A DNA stretch of 64,000 nucleotides from assembly GCA_965285935.1 (NCBI GenBank), contig OZ260667.1:49538001-49602000 (forward strand), in the 5' to 3' direction. How positions within the stretch are numbered: the first letter of the stretch is position 1; each line of letters opens with the position of its first letter. The DNA comes from Ophelia neglecta. Lineage: Eukaryota. The notes under the pieces are model-generated. The model saw nothing but the letters and a program-made list of their open reading frames with translations. It was not told the DNA's origin and did not search any database. The translations under genes and the position numbers were made by a program. Shown here piece by piece: positions 61,609 to 64,000 of the stretch.

Positions 61609-64000
61609 TTGCTTGCAATCAATGATATTGCTAATGCTGCTGGTGATTTCAGCCGACAACCTAAAATGTCCAACGTATGTGAGGATCTGGAAACCTGGGA
61701 GAACAAAATCATGTGTCTATTCTTTTAGTATGCTGCGTTCAATAATGCAAAGGCTTGTGTCTCGGAAAAACGGTGAGTTTGTCAGACTTATATTAGAATC
61801 AACTTCCGCTCCTTTATGTTGCTGTGGTGTTGCTGTGTTTGTGTACTCTTTTCTCCGTTACTATTATGTAGTGTTAAAAACAACCAGAGTATCATGACCT
61901 CCAGAACCTATCAAGTCACCTTATTGCTGTTAGATCTAACCCTCATTATCAATTTAGCAGCAGTGTTAAAGTCACGGCGCAAGTACTTTCGCGAGACCGT
62001 TGTTTTCTACCCCCAGCGATCGTTTATCACCCACACGTTGTGTCTTCCTGTCAACTAGTTCCGCCTCAAATACATTGTGTTTTCCTCTCATAAACGACAT
62101 CGGCTGACGTTTGTGATGTATCCCTGCTGTGGAGAGCACCATTATTTGATACTGCATTAGCCCGGTAAAGTTTCTTTCCATGACCCGAGTTACAACTACA
62201 TGAACAATCGGTCAACGTGGCGATATAAAAGAAAATATGCCCAACCCAATCCGCGGCAAATAGCATTTTGTTACTAACAGAAACATAAACTATTACACGT
62301 TGTATCTAATGCAGTTGGAACCCTCGAGCAAGGCCCTTCTCATATGATACGTATCCATCATAAATTGAAACAAGGGTTTTACTCAGCTGAAGATTGCGTT
62401 TCCTGCTAATATCGGACAGATTTAATAGACTTTTCTAGAGCTTGCTTTGGCTTCCGGTATTCCAATCCCGTTCTGTTTTATATTCAAGGACTTATATGGT
62501 AATTCCCACCTTCCTTAGTATCACCTCGAAATAGCATTGTTTTCGTTTATTGCGGAATCGTTTTATTGATACCATTCGCGGCTTGGAGGACGAGATTATG
62601 TGTCCAGACTTGTCCTTAATTCCCTCGTGTTTGAGAAAGATGGCTGCACAAGGACAAATTGACAGCAGTAAAGAATGTCAACTTAACATTAGTTAATATG
62701 CGACAAAAAATATTAGATACCCACCTGGTTCTTAAGCATTGGGCGGAGGATCCTTCAATAGGAAACATAAGATTATACATTTATTGTATCGGCTTTCGTT
62801 ACCAGTGTGTTTAGAGTGATAGAAATGGATTACATCTACCTCAATTTCCTTAACCTAATTGTGAATACTTAACGCAACGGACAACTAACTGGTAAGGGAT
62901 CATCTCAAATATTTGCCATGTCAGCATTGATGTAAAAGTGGATATTGTCAGATAACCAACACTCTTTAGGAAGGCAATGACATAAAAGTATGTCATCTGT
63001 CCTTGCCTTTATTTGATATTTTTATAGCCTTTATCCTCTTACCTTACTTATCAGTCGTCAGGTGTAATCCGAGTCAAATTATATGAAGTTCCACATTGTT
63101 CAAAGGAGGTATTCGTCCACAGGTATAAAGCTTTCGTGTCTTCAATATCAAGTACACATTTTAGGAAAAATAACGCTTGTTTGCACGTAACTACTCCTGA
63201 GGACAGGACCTATATTAATCTGTTCTAGAAAAACAATTTACCATAAATTAATGCATAGGTAATACATCACTGTAATAATCTTCCAGCCTTCAGCACGAGC
63301 ACTGTTCATACGTAGTAATTATTTATTTCCAGTATTCACTTCCACGATTTTATCTAAAATGCCCTGAAATTAGTTTACCGTAACAAGAATGACATTTTCT
63401 ATTTCTTCACCGCCCTAATAGGCCGAAACTATAAACAATGTAAAGAACAAATATATTACTGTGACAAATTCCAAAATAAGTTAACTAAATACACGTATAG
63501 TATTATTTTTAAAAAAAACCTTTGGTCAGTCTTTGAGGACAGTTATATTTCAGTGGAAGGTATTGAAAGTTATGTTGCCCTGACAAGCCTCAAATAATTA
63601 ATGAAAATCAAAAATAGGCAGCCGATCTTGGGCCACGCCATTATGACCACAATGACAGCAAAACTTTTAATTAATAACTTTATTTCAGGTTCGTCGCTTA
63701 TACTCAACAGATTGACTCTATAATCTAGGTTAACTTTTTTAAGTACTTCGGAAGGACTCATATTAAACAATTATGGTCAGTCACAAGAGAAGTCTACAAG
63801 CCCTTTACACAGAAGTGGTGTGATCATTAAAATACTAGGTCAGCGACATAGTTCTCTAAATAGTGAAGCATAATTCCACACATGCCCCTGTGAGCAGCGG
63901 AGCTTTATGCTGATCAAGTTTGATAAAAACGTAAATTTTATTGGGTAAGATAGTATTCAGCTACCTACCTCATCCTTTGCCAATAGAAGCATCAATAACT

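Overview
Eukaryotic, AT-rich, intron-containing genomic DNA with one assembly gap (22459-22647). It is most likely from a marine invertebrate, plausibly a lophotrochozoan, judging from a MetaSINE-type element and the LINE types; the species cannot be determined from the sequence. Three spliced protein-coding genes can be reconstructed by hand. (1) The last four exons of a + strand gene ending in a LamG/concanavalin-A-like domain (1317-3113). (2) A complete five-exon SLC16/monocarboxylate-transporter-family gene on the - strand (9678-6203). (3) A - strand gene (at least 29648-20487) encoding an ionotropic glutamate receptor (iGluR) ligand-binding domain in which S1 is fused directly to S2 inside one exon. 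It has no M1-M2-M3 channel, a remodelled binding pocket and a C-terminal GPI-signal-like tail, so it looks like a natural channel-less 'S1S2' binding protein. This is the main finding. The rest is repeats: a decayed hAT-like transposon inserted in a minisatellite, LINE fragments, two SINEs, several MITE families and a 2-kb 21-bp minisatellite. About 34 kb (30-64 kb) has no recognisable host coding exons.
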